The position numbers were made by a program, and so were the translations under genes. The notes beneath the pieces were generated by a model, which had not been told where the DNA came from, made no database searches, and worked only from the letters and a program-made list of their open reading frames with translations. Shown in pieces: positions 8,967 through 19,686 of a stretch of 64,000 nucleotides of DNA. This DNA is from an uncultured virus (IMG/VR IMGVR_UViG_3300035422_000155). Taxonomy: Duplodnaviria; Heunggongvirae; Uroviricota; Caudoviricetes. Location: IMG/VR virus record IMGVR_UViG_3300035422_000155, one strand, 5' to 3'. Positions within the stretch are counted from its first letter, which is position 1. Each line of letters begins with the position of its first letter.

Positions 8967-10319
8967 GTGGGAAAAGGGATTATAAAAGTAATTACATATG
9001 GTACATTTGACCTTTTCCATGAAGGGCACTATCGGTTGCTTCAGAGGGCAAAAGCTCTGGGAGACTATTTGATTGTAGGTGTCACTACGGAGACATATGA
9101 CAGGGCCAGGGGGAAACTGAATGTGGTGGATTCCCTGGCTACGCGTATTGAAAACGTGAAGAAGACAGGTTTTGCAGATGAGATCATCACTGAAGAGACA
9201 CAGGGCCAGAAGTTTAATGATATTAAAAAATTTCACGTTGATATTTTCACGGTGGGCTCTGACTGGACTGGTACCTTTGACTATTTGAAGGATTATTGCC
9301 AAGTTATTTACCTGGAACGGACAAGAAACATTTCCAGCACCATGTTACGGGAACAGAAACAGCAGATACAGCGGATAGGAATTATAGGAACCGGCAGGAT
9401 TGCCGGCAGGTTTCTTGTGGAGGCAAAACTTGTCAGCGGATGCAGTGTACAAGCAGCTTATAATCCTCATCCTGGAAGTGCGGCAAAGTTCGCTCAAAAG
9501 TGGGGGATTGACGCATACTTGGACATTGAAGATTTTTTTTCTGTTGTTGATGTGGTGTACATCGCATCTCCCCATGAGACTCATTACAATTACATTAAGG
9601 CAGCTTTGGAACATGGGAAACACGTGCTGTGTGAAAAGCCCATGGTGATGCAGGGAATCCAGGCGGAAAAACTGTTCAAATACGCGAAGGAACGGGGATT
9701 GATACTTTTTGAAGGAATCAAGACCGCATATTGTCCGGGATTCAGCAGGCTCCTGGGAATTGCATGCAGTGGGACGATTGGTAGTGTCCGAAATGTGGAA
9801 GCCTGTTTCACGAAGCTGGAGGCACCAGACACGAGGGAGCTGACAGATCAAAAGTACGGCGGTAGCTTTACGGAACTTGGAAGTTACTGCATGCTGCCTG
9901 TGCTGAAACTTTTTGGGAAGGATTACGAGAAACTGGAATTTGAGACAATCAGGGGAGAGAACGGGCTGGATCTTTTTACTAAAATATCTCTTCGTTACTT
10001 TGGAGGAATTGCCACTGCAACCTGCGGATTGGGGGTAAAGTCGGAGGGCAGACTTCTGATAGCTGGTACAAAGGGATACATTGTGGCAGAAGCACCTTGG
10101 TGGAAGACCGCCTATTTTGAGGTACACTATGAGGAGCCTGGAAAGGTGGAAAAATATTCCGAAAGTTTTCTGGGGGATGGCCTGCGTTATGAAATCAGCG
10201 ATTTTTTGTCCATGATAAACGGGAGTAGTGACAATGGTTTTAAACTGACCCGGGGTGAATCGATTGCACTGGCTGAGATTATGGAAAAATTTCTGGAAAC
10301 GGAAGACCGCATATTGTGA
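8967..10319 (+). CDS. TagD-like cytidylyltransferase fused to Gfo/Idh/MocA oxidoreductase
   Basis: TYGTFDLFHEGH and RT..ISST, then IGIIGTGRIA and HVLCEKP. Confidence 0.85.
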   Translation: MGKGIIKVITYGTFDLFHEGHYRLLQRAKALGDYLIVGVTTETYDRARGKLNVVDSLATRIENVKKTGFADEIITEETQGQKFNDIKKFHVDIFTVGSDWTGTFDYLKDYCQVIYLERTRNISSTMLREQKQQIQRIGIIGTGRIAGRFLVEAKLVSGCSVQAAYNPHPGSAAKFAQKWGIDAYLDIEDFFSVVDVVYIASPHETHYNYIKAALEHGKHVLCEKPMVMQGIQAEKLFKYAKERGLILFEGIKTAYCPGFSRLLGIACSGTIGSVRNVEACFTKLEAPDTRELTDQKYGGSFTELGSYCMLPVLKLFGKDYEKLEFETIRGENGLDLFTKISLRYFGGIATATCGLGVKSEGRLLIAGTKGYIVAEAPWWKTAYFEVHYEEPGKVEKYSESFLGDGLRYEISDFLSMINGSSDNGFKLTRGESIALAEIMEKFLETEDRIL

Positions 10320-10352
10320 AGATGAAAAGGCAGGAATGTAGGAGGTGCGAAG

Positions 10353-11135
10353 ATGAAAATATGGGCGCATAGAGGATGTAGTCAGATGTATCCGGAAAAT
10401 ACTCTACTTGCATTTGAGAAGGCGGCATCGCTGAAAAACCTGACTGGTATAGAATTGGATATACAGCTCACAAAAGATGGGGAAATCGTGGTTATCCATG
10501 ATGAGCGCGTGGACAGGACTACAGAGGGAACAGGATATGTGAGGGATTTTACCCTTTCCCAGCTGAGAAAGCTTCACATTTATGCGGACAATCATCCGAC
10601 TCAACAGGTGCCAACGATGGAGGAAGTCTTGGTTCTGTTGAAACCTGATTTGAAATCCGGTTTGCGAGATGCAAAACAAAATCTGGCACAGAAGGACGCA
10701 GGAGCCAGATCAGGGCTGATTCTGAATATAGAACTGAAAAACAGCATTTGTTTTTATGAGGGGATGGAAGAAAAAATCGTGGAGATGGTTCATAGACATG
10801 GTTTGCAGAGTGCAGTGGTATACTCCACTTTTCATGCAAAGTCGCTGGCTAAACTCAGAAGATTGGATGCAGATGCGGAGCTAGCCATTTTGGATACCAG
10901 GGTTTCGGACTGTCTGTATAAGGCAAAGGGCGGATGTGGTGCGTCGGCACTGCATCCCTTCTGGCAAGGTATTGATCTTCCGCCAGAAGAGCTTGTGGGT
11001 ATAACAGTGCGTGCCTGGATGTCAGGACATCTGTATCCGGAAAAACCAACAGGAACTAAACTGGATTTGACATACTTGGAAAAACAGGGAATTACAGATG
11101 TTATTTTGAATGAACCAGAGGTATATGTCATGTGA
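10353..11135 (+). CDS. Glycerophosphodiester phosphodiesterase family
   Basis: WAHRG..PENT, IELDIQLTKDG..VVIHD, NIELK. Confidence 0.9.
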   Translation: MKIWAHRGCSQMYPENTLLAFEKAASLKNLTGIELDIQLTKDGEIVVIHDERVDRTTEGTGYVRDFTLSQLRKLHIYADNHPTQQVPTMEEVLVLLKPDLKSGLRDAKQNLAQKDAGARSGLILNIELKNSICFYEGMEEKIVEMVHRHGLQSAVVYSTFHAKSLAKLRRLDADAELAILDTRVSDCLYKAKGGCGASALHPFWQGIDLPPEELVGITVRAWMSGHLYPEKPTGTKLDLTYLEKQGITDVILNEPEVYVM

Positions 11136-11221
11136 AAGTCAAAATAGTTACAGGGCGGCCCTATTATGACAACAGGAGATGATTTGACAAAAAGTAGCAT
11201 GAAGAGAGGGACATAAAGCAG

Positions 11222-12464
11222 ATGCAGCAGAATAGTGAAGATTGGATTGAACATATAGCTGAACAGGTACACTTGCATTATAAGGGGCGGAAAGTTGTCA
11301 TATGGGGTAGCTATGGGGTGGCGGATTCCATTAAAGGCAGCTTAAAAGAAAAGTTTGGAATTGACACCGCGTTTTATGTGGATGGTGATAAAAGCAAAGT
11401 TGATGGCAAGATGGTATTATCGCCAGAATATCTGGACGGAAAGTCAGGACAGTATTATGTTGTTGTACCTATAGCATTTTATTCTGCGGTAAAGGAACAA
11501 TTGGTTCAGGGGGGTACCGTAAGGATATAGATTACTTTTACTTTTGTGATTGTGTCCTGCGGCAGGAAGCGGATTATTATGAAGATGCACATGGAAATAA
11601 GATAATTGGAAATTATCAAGGTTTAAAATTTGCGTTTTCGGGGTTTCAGTCTGTGATAAAAATTGGAGAAGGAGTTCAATTTTGTGAAACCAGCATATAT
11701 CTTCATAATGGGGTAGAAGTTGTGATTGAGAGAGGAGTTCAATGTCACGAAAACCATATTTGTCTCTATAATGAAGCTAAGATTATTATTGAAGATGGAG
11801 TAGAGTTAAGAGAAAATCAGATAACAATGAATCAATTTTCAAAAGTTGCAATTGCCAGAAAAGCTGTACTGAAAAAGAGTCATATTACTATTGGAAAGAA
11901 TCCATATTTTATGACGACGATGGAGGACATATATATTTCGAGGTGGAGAAGGGGGCGGAATGTCATATTGGTGTTCAAGGAAAATTTATTGGATCAGGAA
12001 GCGTATTTTTGGGAGAAGATACACTGTTGAAGGTCGGAGGTGGCTTTAGCATAGGAGATAATTATCGGATAACCTTAAATCCCCATACCAGCATTATTAT
12101 AGGAGATGATTGTATGGCATCTTATGATGTTGTTATACGTAGTAATGATGGACATTCAATATTTGACGTGTGCTCGAAGGAAAATATAAATTCTTCATAC
12201 GAGATCAGCAGAGAGAGAAATGTGATGATAGGAGATCATGTTTGGCTGGGACAGCGTACAGTTATTTTATATTATACACAGATTGGGGATGGAAGCATTA
12301 TAGGGGCAAACAGTCTGGTTAAGAGTAAAATTCCCAACAATTGTATAGCAGTGGGGTGTCCTGCAAAAGTAATCAAGAGAAACATTGCCTGGAGCAGGAA
12401 AGAGGGGGCAGAACACATTGATGAGTGTGGAAAGAACTACGTTCATTATACAGAAGAAATATAA
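11222..12464 (+). pseudogene. Left-handed beta-helix acyltransferase split by two frameshifts
   Basis: Three fragments join if one base is added at G6 11509-11514 and one at ~11895; C-terminal IGDHVWLG..IGANSLV..AVGCPAKVI. Confidence 0.75.
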
Positions 12465-12509
12465 ATGAAGAAAACATGAAAGATATAAGCAAAAAGGAAT
12501 GCAGAATCT

Positions 12510-13346
12510 ATGAATGTGTCAGAATCAAAGCAGTACGATATATCTGCAGAGGAATTGAAACAGATTCAACTTATCCAACAGGATTTGATAAAAGAGGTGG
12601 TACGAATCTGTAAAAAATGTGATATTCATTTCAATATGGTGGGCGGCACCATGTTGGGGGCCGTCCGACATAAGGGATGTATACCATGGGATGATGATGC
12701 GGATATTGGTTTTCTGCGAAGTGAGTATGAAAAATTCAGGAAGGCATGTCGGACAGAGTTAAACCATGAGAAATACTATATGCAGGATTTGCGTGATACA
12801 GAAGGGTATCGCTGGGGGTATGGAAAATTACGCAGAAAAAATACTAAATTTGTGCGTCTGGGACAGGAATTTATGCCTTATGACCAAGGAATATCCATAG
12901 ATCTTATGCCGTTTGATAATGTTCCGGACGAATGGATTTTGAGGAGGTTTCATTTCTTTCGCTGTTTTTTGTACCGCAAAATTTTCTGGTCAGAAGTGGG
13001 GAGCAGGACGGAAAGTAAGAGACTGACAAGGATGGTATATAAATTGCTGAAGATGGTACCTATGAAAAGTGTGATAAGAAGTTACCAGCGGTTTATTGAT
13101 GCCGGACAGAGAAAAAAGAGCCGATTGGTTCGGATACTCACTTTTCCCACACCCAAAGGGGTATATGGATATGATAGAAAATGGTATACTCATTTGACAA
13201 AATATCGTTTTGAAAAAATGATGCTGCCTGGAGCCCGGGATTATGATGGCTATTTAAGGGTGAAATATGGAAACTATAAGGAATTGCCGCCGGCTGAGAA
13301 GCGCAAAACGCATCCAGTCTCGAAATTGGAACTGCCAGGGGAGTGA
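12510..13346 (+). CDS. LicD family phosphotransferase
   Basis: GGTMLGAVRHKGCIPWDDDAD, IDLMP, YL..KYGNY. Confidence 0.9.
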   Translation: MNVSESKQYDISAEELKQIQLIQQDLIKEVVRICKKCDIHFNMVGGTMLGAVRHKGCIPWDDDADIGFLRSEYEKFRKACRTELNHEKYYMQDLRDTEGYRWGYGKLRRKNTKFVRLGQEFMPYDQGISIDLMPFDNVPDEWILRRFHFFRCFLYRKIFWSEVGSRTESKRLTRMVYKLLKMVPMKSVIRSYQRFIDAGQRKKSRLVRILTFPTPKGVYGYDRKWYTHLTKYRFEKMMLPGARDYDGYLRVKYGNYKELPPAEKRKTHPVSKLELPGE

Positions 13347-13352
13347 TGGGGA

Positions 13353-13787
13353 TTGGGAGCAGAAAAGAGATATAAAGTAGGATATACTGACGGGGTATAT
13401 GATTTGTTTCATGTGGGTCATCTGAATATGATTCAGGCTGCGAAGAAGTATAGTGAATACTTGATTGTGGGAGTGCATGGAGACGATGTTGTGGAGGGAT
13501 ACAAGAATCGCAGGCCCATTATTCCGGAAGAAGAGCGCAGGCGGATTATCGGGGCGATTAAAGGTGTTGACAGAGCAGAAATCAACCGTTTCAGGGACAA
13601 GTTAAAGCTATGGGAGTTATACCGTTTTGATGTAATATTCATTGGAGATGACTGGAAAGGAACAGACCGTTGGAATCAATTTGAAAAACAGCTGGAGAAA
13701 GTTAATGTTGATGTGGTATATGTCCCCTATACAAAAGGAATATCCACTACAGAGATTCGCGAAAAAATTATGGGGGAATTGGAATGA
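13353..13787 (+). CDS. Cytidylyltransferase (TagD-like)
   Basis: GVYDLFHVGHLN, GDDW, YTKGISTT. Confidence 0.9.
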   Translation: MGAEKRYKVGYTDGVYDLFHVGHLNMIQAAKKYSEYLIVGVHGDDVVEGYKNRRPIIPEEERRRIIGAIKGVDRAEINRFRDKLKLWELYRFDVIFIGDDWKGTDRWNQFEKQLEKVNVDVVYVPYTKGISTTEIREKIMGELE

Positions 13788-14824
13788 AGCCTAAAAAGAA
13801 AATAGCTCTTACAATGGGTGATCCAGCAGGAATAGGACCTGAGATAATTATAAAAGCACTGAGCCATGTAGAAATCTACCAGAAATGTATTCCTATTGTG
13901 GTAGGAGACCAGGCGGTGTTGGCAGATGCGGTTCGATTTTGTGGCTTGCCGCTAGAAATACAGGAGATTTCAGATGTGGAGGAAGCCAGGGGAGAATTTG
14001 GAAAGATAGACTTGATTAACTTGAAACAGGTTATGGCGGGAGCTTGGGAATACAAGAGAAACAGTGCGGAATGTGGGGAGGCATCTTTTCAGTATGTAGT
14101 ATATGCCATTCGGCTGGCGATGGAAAAAAAGGTACAGGCAGTGGTGACGGCGCCCATTAACAAAAAATCTCTCAATATGGCAGGGTACCATTACAGCGGA
14201 CACACAGAAATATTTGCGGAATATACCGGAACAAAAGATTTTGCAATGCTGCTTGCCAGCAAAAGTCTGCGTGTGATCCATGTTTCAACACACTGTTCTC
14301 TGCGAGAAGCCTGCGACAGGGTTAAAAAGGACAGAATACTGAAGGTTATCCGTCTGGCACATGAGGGGATGCAGCAACTTGGATGTCTGCATCCACGTAT
14401 TGGGGTTGCAGGCTTAAACCCGCATTGTTCTGAAAATGGTCTGTTTGGAACTGAAGAAGAGTGTGAGATTTTACCTGCTATAGAAGAAGCCAAAAAGGAA
14501 GGGCTTCACGTTGCTGGACCAGAGTCACCGGATACTGTTTTTGTAAAATGTCAGGCAGGACAATATGATATTGTTGTGGCAATGTATCATGATCAGGGAC
14601 ATATTCCGTTAAAGCTGAGTGGTTTTAAGTATAATCTTCAAAAGGACAGATACGAATCAGTGAGCGGGATTAATTGTACAATCGGTCTTCCGATTGTGAG
14701 AACTTCAGTGGACCATGGGACGGCTTTCGGGAAGGCTGGGGAAGGCCGGGCCAATGAGGAGAGTATGGTGGATGCTGTTTTTGCGGGAGTAATGATGGCA
14801 GAAAACAGGAACATATATGGTTAA
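13784..14824 (+). CDS. pdxA: 4-hydroxythreonine-4-phosphate dehydrogenase (PdxA) family
   Basis: TMGDPAGIGPE, GHTE, LNPH, MYHDQGHIPLK, RTSVDHGTAF. Confidence 0.85.
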   Translation: MKPKKKIALTMGDPAGIGPEIIIKALSHVEIYQKCIPIVVGDQAVLADAVRFCGLPLEIQEISDVEEARGEFGKIDLINLKQVMAGAWEYKRNSAECGEASFQYVVYAIRLAMEKKVQAVVTAPINKKSLNMAGYHYSGHTEIFAEYTGTKDFAMLLASKSLRVIHVSTHCSLREACDRVKKDRILKVIRLAHEGMQQLGCLHPRIGVAGLNPHCSENGLFGTEEECEILPAIEEAKKEGLHVAGPESPDTVFVKCQAGQYDIVVAMYHDQGHIPLKLSGFKYNLQKDRYESVSGINCTIGLPIVRTSVDHGTAFGKAGEGRANEESMVDAVFAGVMMAENRNIYG

Positions 14825-14852
14825 AATATAGTCAGTGAAAAAGGGAAATAAA

Positions 14853-16010
14853 ATGGAGAATAAAAGGATTTTAAATAAACTGTCACCTGAGTGGAATGAG
14901 ATCAGTGAAATTGTGGTATATGGTTTTGGAAGAACTGCAGTCAGGAATGTGGATAAGCTGGCAGAAGATTTTCATATTTCTTTAATTATAGATAAGGATC
15001 CTCAAATACATGGAAAGCAGTACGGCGATTGCAGAGTTCAGACGTTTGATGAAGTAAAAGAGAACTTGCCGGGGAAAAAAGTAGTCGTAGCAACAAGTTC
15101 TGTGGCTTATACGGATATTTCCAGACAGCTGCAAAGTCTGGGGATGAAAGAGCATATAGATTTCTGTCGTCTGAAAGATTTTATGGCGGAGTGGTATTGG
15201 AAAAACCGCCATCAAGTGTGTCTAAGCCAGACGTTTTCATCTGTGACATCACGCTGTACATTTCGGTGTAAACATTGCAATTTCTTTGCTCCATATTTTA
15301 AAGAAGGCATTCATTATGATTATGATGAAATTGATATTTTAAAAGATTTCGAGGGCTACTTCAAGGTCGTAGATTATGTTGCCAGTTGGTCCATCATAGG
15401 AGGAGAACCGCTTATAAATAAGCGGCTGCCTCAAATTATTGAGAGTGTATTTGAAAAATATGGGAATCATATCGGCTATATACAGATTATTTCTAATGGA
15501 AGTCTGGTGCCGGATAAAGAATTATTGGATGTAATGAAAAAAACTAATGCGCGTATGCGTTTGTCGGATTATACTCATGTACTACCATATCAAAAGAAGC
15601 TTGAAGAAGTAAAGCAGTGTCTGAAGGAAAACGGTATTCCATATGATATGAGTGTATATGAACAGTGGTTTGACTTGGGTATAAATACAAGTGATATACC
15701 AGAATTTTCGGGAAGTACCGCTGACACAGCACGCCACATGAGATTATGTGCAACAGGCTGCCATCAGTTAAATGATGAAAAATTCTTTTTTTGTGGACAA
15801 GGATTTGCGCGTACCAAAAGAGGATTTTGTTCTCTGCAGGAGGGGGATTGTATTGACCTGACTGCCTGCACCGGAAGCATAGAGGATAAGGAGACAATGC
15901 TGAGTTTTTGCATGGGTTATCCACCAAAGGGATATATCAGTGTATGCAAGACTTGCTATGGCATGGGAAGCGATAACAATCGTATTGTAGGAGTAGCGGA
16001 ACAGATGTAG
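14853..16010 (+). CDS. Radical SAM protein with N-terminal Rossmann-like domain
   Basis: CTFRCKHC (CxxxCxxC), GGEP, ISNG; C-terminal Cys residues. Confidence 0.85.
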   Translation: MENKRILNKLSPEWNEISEIVVYGFGRTAVRNVDKLAEDFHISLIIDKDPQIHGKQYGDCRVQTFDEVKENLPGKKVVVATSSVAYTDISRQLQSLGMKEHIDFCRLKDFMAEWYWKNRHQVCLSQTFSSVTSRCTFRCKHCNFFAPYFKEGIHYDYDEIDILKDFEGYFKVVDYVASWSIIGGEPLINKRLPQIIESVFEKYGNHIGYIQIISNGSLVPDKELLDVMKKTNARMRLSDYTHVLPYQKKLEEVKQCLKENGIPYDMSVYEQWFDLGINTSDIPEFSGSTADTARHMRLCATGCHQLNDEKFFFCGQGFARTKRGFCSLQEGDCIDLTACTGSIEDKETMLSFCMGYPPKGYISVCKTCYGMGSDNNRIVGVAEQM

Positions 16011-16045
16011 AGAGTAAATATGCTTTGGCGTGGAGGGTGGACTAG

Positions 16046-17245
16046 ATGGAGTACCAGTTTAAAGATGAGGTTCGTAATGCAAAGCGCGCTGCCATGGGAG
16101 AGATGTTTCATTTGGCCAAGGCGCATCTGGGAGAGCAGGACAGGCTGATTAACTTCGCCAGCGGACATCCGTCCACAGAAGTATTTCAGGATGCATTTAT
16201 CAAAAAATATATCAACACCGCGATGAAAGAAGCGGACAAGGACATGTTTCAATATGGGGCGCATGTGGGGTATGAACCATTGCGGCAGGTTTTTAGACAA
16301 TTTGCGAACAAAAAAGGGAATGTGATCAAATCTGATGATAAACTAATCATTACATATGGTTCTGTGGAAGCTATCTTTCTGACAGCATTTGCTTTGGTTG
16401 GAAGAGGGGATAAGGTCATTGTTGAAAATCCCAGTTATGTGAATGCAATAAAAGCTTTTCAATTACTGGGAGCAGAAGTTGTGGGTGTTTCCATGGAAGA
16501 GGATGGTGTTAATCTGGACGAGCTGGAGAAGGCGATGTGCCAAAAGGCAAAGTTGTTTTATACAATACCTGATTTTGGAAATCCTTCTGGTATTACCACA
16601 TCGCTGGAGAAGAGAAAAGCAGTCTATGATCTGGCGGTTAAAAAACATGTGATGATTTTAGAGGACGATCCTTATGGTGCATTAAGGTATAGGAATGAGA
16701 GAATTCCCCACATTAAAGAGTTTGATATGGAGGGGGCGGTTGTGTATACAAACTCAATGTCAAAATTGATTGCTCCTGCAATGCGGGTAGGATTCATGGT
16801 GGCGGACAGGAATTTTACGAGTAGGATTGTCCCGATTAAAGCGGTCAGTACAAATGGAGTTACAACCATTGTACAGTATGCATTGTGGAAAATGTTTGAA
16901 GAAAATGACATGTATGCACAGATACAGAAAGTGTGTGACGTATATGCAGAAAAGCTGTTTCTAATGGAAAAATGTATGAAAAGGCATTTTCCTAAGCAGG
17001 TCAAATATTCTTCTCCTGATGGGGGGATGTATATCTGGGTGACGATGCCGGAAGGGACTGATGTTCAGGAGTTTTGTAGAGAGTCAGCGATAAATCTCCA
17101 TATACCAATTACACCAGGAAATGGATTCTGTACGATACAACCGGAGAAATGTACCAGCATGCGATTTAATTTTGTGAAAGAAAGTCCAGATGATATAGCT
17201 TACGGCATAGAGAGGGTTGGAGAATTGATGGAGCAATATGTATAA
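16046..17245 (+). CDS. PLP-dependent aminotransferase class I/II
   Basis: NPSG, LEDDPY, SMSKLIAPAMRVG. Confidence 0.9.
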   Translation: MEYQFKDEVRNAKRAAMGEMFHLAKAHLGEQDRLINFASGHPSTEVFQDAFIKKYINTAMKEADKDMFQYGAHVGYEPLRQVFRQFANKKGNVIKSDDKLIITYGSVEAIFLTAFALVGRGDKVIVENPSYVNAIKAFQLLGAEVVGVSMEEDGVNLDELEKAMCQKAKLFYTIPDFGNPSGITTSLEKRKAVYDLAVKKHVMILEDDPYGALRYRNERIPHIKEFDMEGAVVYTNSMSKLIAPAMRVGFMVADRNFTSRIVPIKAVSTNGVTTIVQYALWKMFEENDMYAQIQKVCDVYAEKLFLMEKCMKRHFPKQVKYSSPDGGMYIWVTMPEGTDVQEFCRESAINLHIPITPGNGFCTIQPEKCTSMRFNFVKESPDDIAYGIERVGELMEQYV

Positions 17246-17274
17246 GTTTGAATGAATTTGCAGGGAGAAGAATT

Positions 17275-18291
17275 ATGTTGCCAATACTGAATGAACTTCG
17301 TGAGACATTGGATGATATTATGTTGAAGGCTATGCATGACAGTGTCTTGCTATATGGCTATGAGAGTTATACCGGACGATTTATTAAATGGTATGCGGAA
17401 TATTATCACAATATTAAGATTGACTGGCTGGTATCAACGGATATGAGCAGAGGGCGGGCATATGATATGGAGATTTTTCGCCCCAGTGTGATTGGCTTTA
17501 ATTATAAGAATGTGCGTCAGGCAATTATATGGGTTGTAGAGCCTATGACAGATGGGATCCGCGCTTATTTGGAAGAGAATGGATATGTGGAAGGCAGGAC
17601 ATACTTCGACTTTTATAAGGCGGTATATGGAGAGGATATTTACGGCACCAATGATGAATATACCACCATTTTTACAAAGAGAAAAGAGGGAAAAAGGGAT
17701 ATACAATTTTTAGAGTGGCTTGAGTGGAAATACGGTTGTAATTTTGTGACACGTATAGACCATGACTCTCTTGAAGTGGCTAAAGAGCATGGAGAAGGAT
17801 ATGGGTGTACCACACAAAAGGAGATATTTCCTATATTGGATCATTGCCATTGTATTCCTCAGCCTAAGGATGCCATTTTTGATTTTGGATGCGGAAAAGG
17901 TGGAGCGTTGGTTTCCTTCCTGGACTATGGTTTCACACAGGCAGGCGGGGTAGAATATGAGCCTAAAATTTATGATGTTCTAAAGGAAAATATAAGAAAA
18001 CTACATTTGGAAGATAAGATGGAATTACTTTATGGAGATGCCGGTGAACTGGCACAGGAGTTGGATGCTTATAACTGGTTCTATTTTTATAATCCATTTG
18101 ATGATGTAATATTAGGGGAATGTATTAAAAACATAGCGGAGAGCTATAAAAGGAAGCAGCGAAAGCAGTATATTGTATTTTTTTCTCCTAAAAATTATAA
18201 CTGTATAGAGGAGACAGGAGTTTTCCGGCTGACTAACCAGTTTACAATTGATATGAGACAAAGGGTCGTGTCAATCTTTGAGAGCTGTTAG
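17275..18291 (+). CDS. Class I SAM-dependent methyltransferase
   Basis: FDFGCGKG, GVE, GDA, FYNPF. Confidence 0.75.
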   Translation: MLPILNELRETLDDIMLKAMHDSVLLYGYESYTGRFIKWYAEYYHNIKIDWLVSTDMSRGRAYDMEIFRPSVIGFNYKNVRQAIIWVVEPMTDGIRAYLEENGYVEGRTYFDFYKAVYGEDIYGTNDEYTTIFTKRKEGKRDIQFLEWLEWKYGCNFVTRIDHDSLEVAKEHGEGYGCTTQKEIFPILDHCHCIPQPKDAIFDFGCGKGGALVSFLDYGFTQAGGVEYEPKIYDVLKENIRKLHLEDKMELLYGDAGELAQELDAYNWFYFYNPFDDVILGECIKNIAESYKRKQRKQYIVFFSPKNYNCIEETGVFRLTNQFTIDMRQRVVSIFESC

Positions 18292-18368
18292 CATGAATAA
18301 ACAGATCAACGGAGTTGCAATGCTTGTTTTATAGAGCATGAAACGACGGCGGTTTGAGGAGGAGAATA

Positions 18369-19673
18369 ATGAAATATGTCATTTGGGGGGCAGGGCTGCG
18401 TGGTAAGAGGCTGCTTAGCCATCTGAAAAATGAGGATGTTATTGCCTTTGTGGATAAAAATGAAGAAAAAGCCGGAAGCATTTTCCAGGGGAAAGAAGTT
18501 ATCAGTTTGCAAAAGTTTGCAGAGCAATATTCAGATGCAATATTGGTTATTGCACATGTATATGAACAGGAGGCAATAAAAGAATTAAAGGCACTTGGCA
18601 TAGCATGTTATATGTGCTTATCGGACTGTCCGGGAGAACTTCAAGGAGATAGCACAAGCTTGTATTTAAAAAACTATCTTAAAAGTATGATACACAGTGA
18701 TGCCCGGTACGGAATATGGGGATGTACGGTATATGCACTGGAATTGTATTCCTGGCTGAGCGACTGGGGGAATAAGAACTCTTGCTTAATTATTGAAAAG
18801 AATACAAAACCAGAACTGGTCCGTATGATAAAACAAAGCGGATATCAGGTTGTACCAGAAGAAGAGGTGTGTTCTCAGGGCTTAGATTGTGTACTAAACT
18901 GTAAACGCCTGGAAAAAGACCACGGTATACAGATCTATGACGGAATAGAGCAAAAAGATATTTATGATTGTTCGGATTTTATTCCAGAGTATTATAATGC
19001 TCAGATAAAAAAATTAAACAACATCAACAAGGGGAAAAGATGCGTTATAGTTGCAACCGGTCCAAGCTTAAAAGTGGAGGATTTAGATAAGCTGGCTTCC
19101 GGCAATATTATGACTATTGGAGTGAATAATATAGGATATGCATATGCTTCAACAAGGTGGAGACCAACGTATTATGTTGGTATTGACAAAGTATTAATAG
19201 AGAGTGAATATTTTGATACAATTAAACCGGAAGAACAGTGTGAATATTCATTTGTATCGGACTTGAGTGAGGAATTCTGGGAGAAGTACCATAAAGAAAA
19301 TATATTAAAGATTCATTCCTGCAATATATGGCCGCTTGGATGGTATCCGGAGTTTTCGGAAGATTTATCGAGAAAAGTATACATAAGTGGAACAGTTGTG
19401 TATATGTGTATACAATTGGCTGTGTATTTGGGCTTTGCGGAAATCTATCTGTTAGGAACAGATTTTACAGGAGTAAACAACTATGGCAGCAAATACGGCC
19501 ATTTTTACGATGAAAAAGATTTGGATTCTGTCTGTTACACGGATCAGGTCAAACTCGGTTATGAAAAAGCGAAACAGTATGCTGACTGTCATGGGATAAA
19601 AATTTTCAATGCCACCCGAGGGGGAAATTTGGAAATATTTGAGAGGGTGGATTTTGATTCTTTATTTCAGTAG
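18369..19673 (+). CDS. Maf/DUF115-type glycosyltransferase-like protein
   Basis: CVIVATGPSL, QLAVYLGF.EIYLLGTD, IFNATRGG.LE.F. Confidence 0.75.
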   Translation: MKYVIWGAGLRGKRLLSHLKNEDVIAFVDKNEEKAGSIFQGKEVISLQKFAEQYSDAILVIAHVYEQEAIKELKALGIACYMCLSDCPGELQGDSTSLYLKNYLKSMIHSDARYGIWGCTVYALELYSWLSDWGNKNSCLIIEKNTKPELVRMIKQSGYQVVPEEEVCSQGLDCVLNCKRLEKDHGIQIYDGIEQKDIYDCSDFIPEYYNAQIKKLNNINKGKRCVIVATGPSLKVEDLDKLASGNIMTIGVNNIGYAYASTRWRPTYYVGIDKVLIESEYFDTIKPEEQCEYSFVSDLSEEFWEKYHKENILKIHSCNIWPLGWYPEFSEDLSRKVYISGTVVYMCIQLAVYLGFAEIYLLGTDFTGVNNYGSKYGHFYDEKDLDSVCYTDQVKLGYEKAKQYADCHGIKIFNATRGGNLEIFERVDFDSLFQ

Positions 19674-19686
19674 AGAAGGTGTGAAC

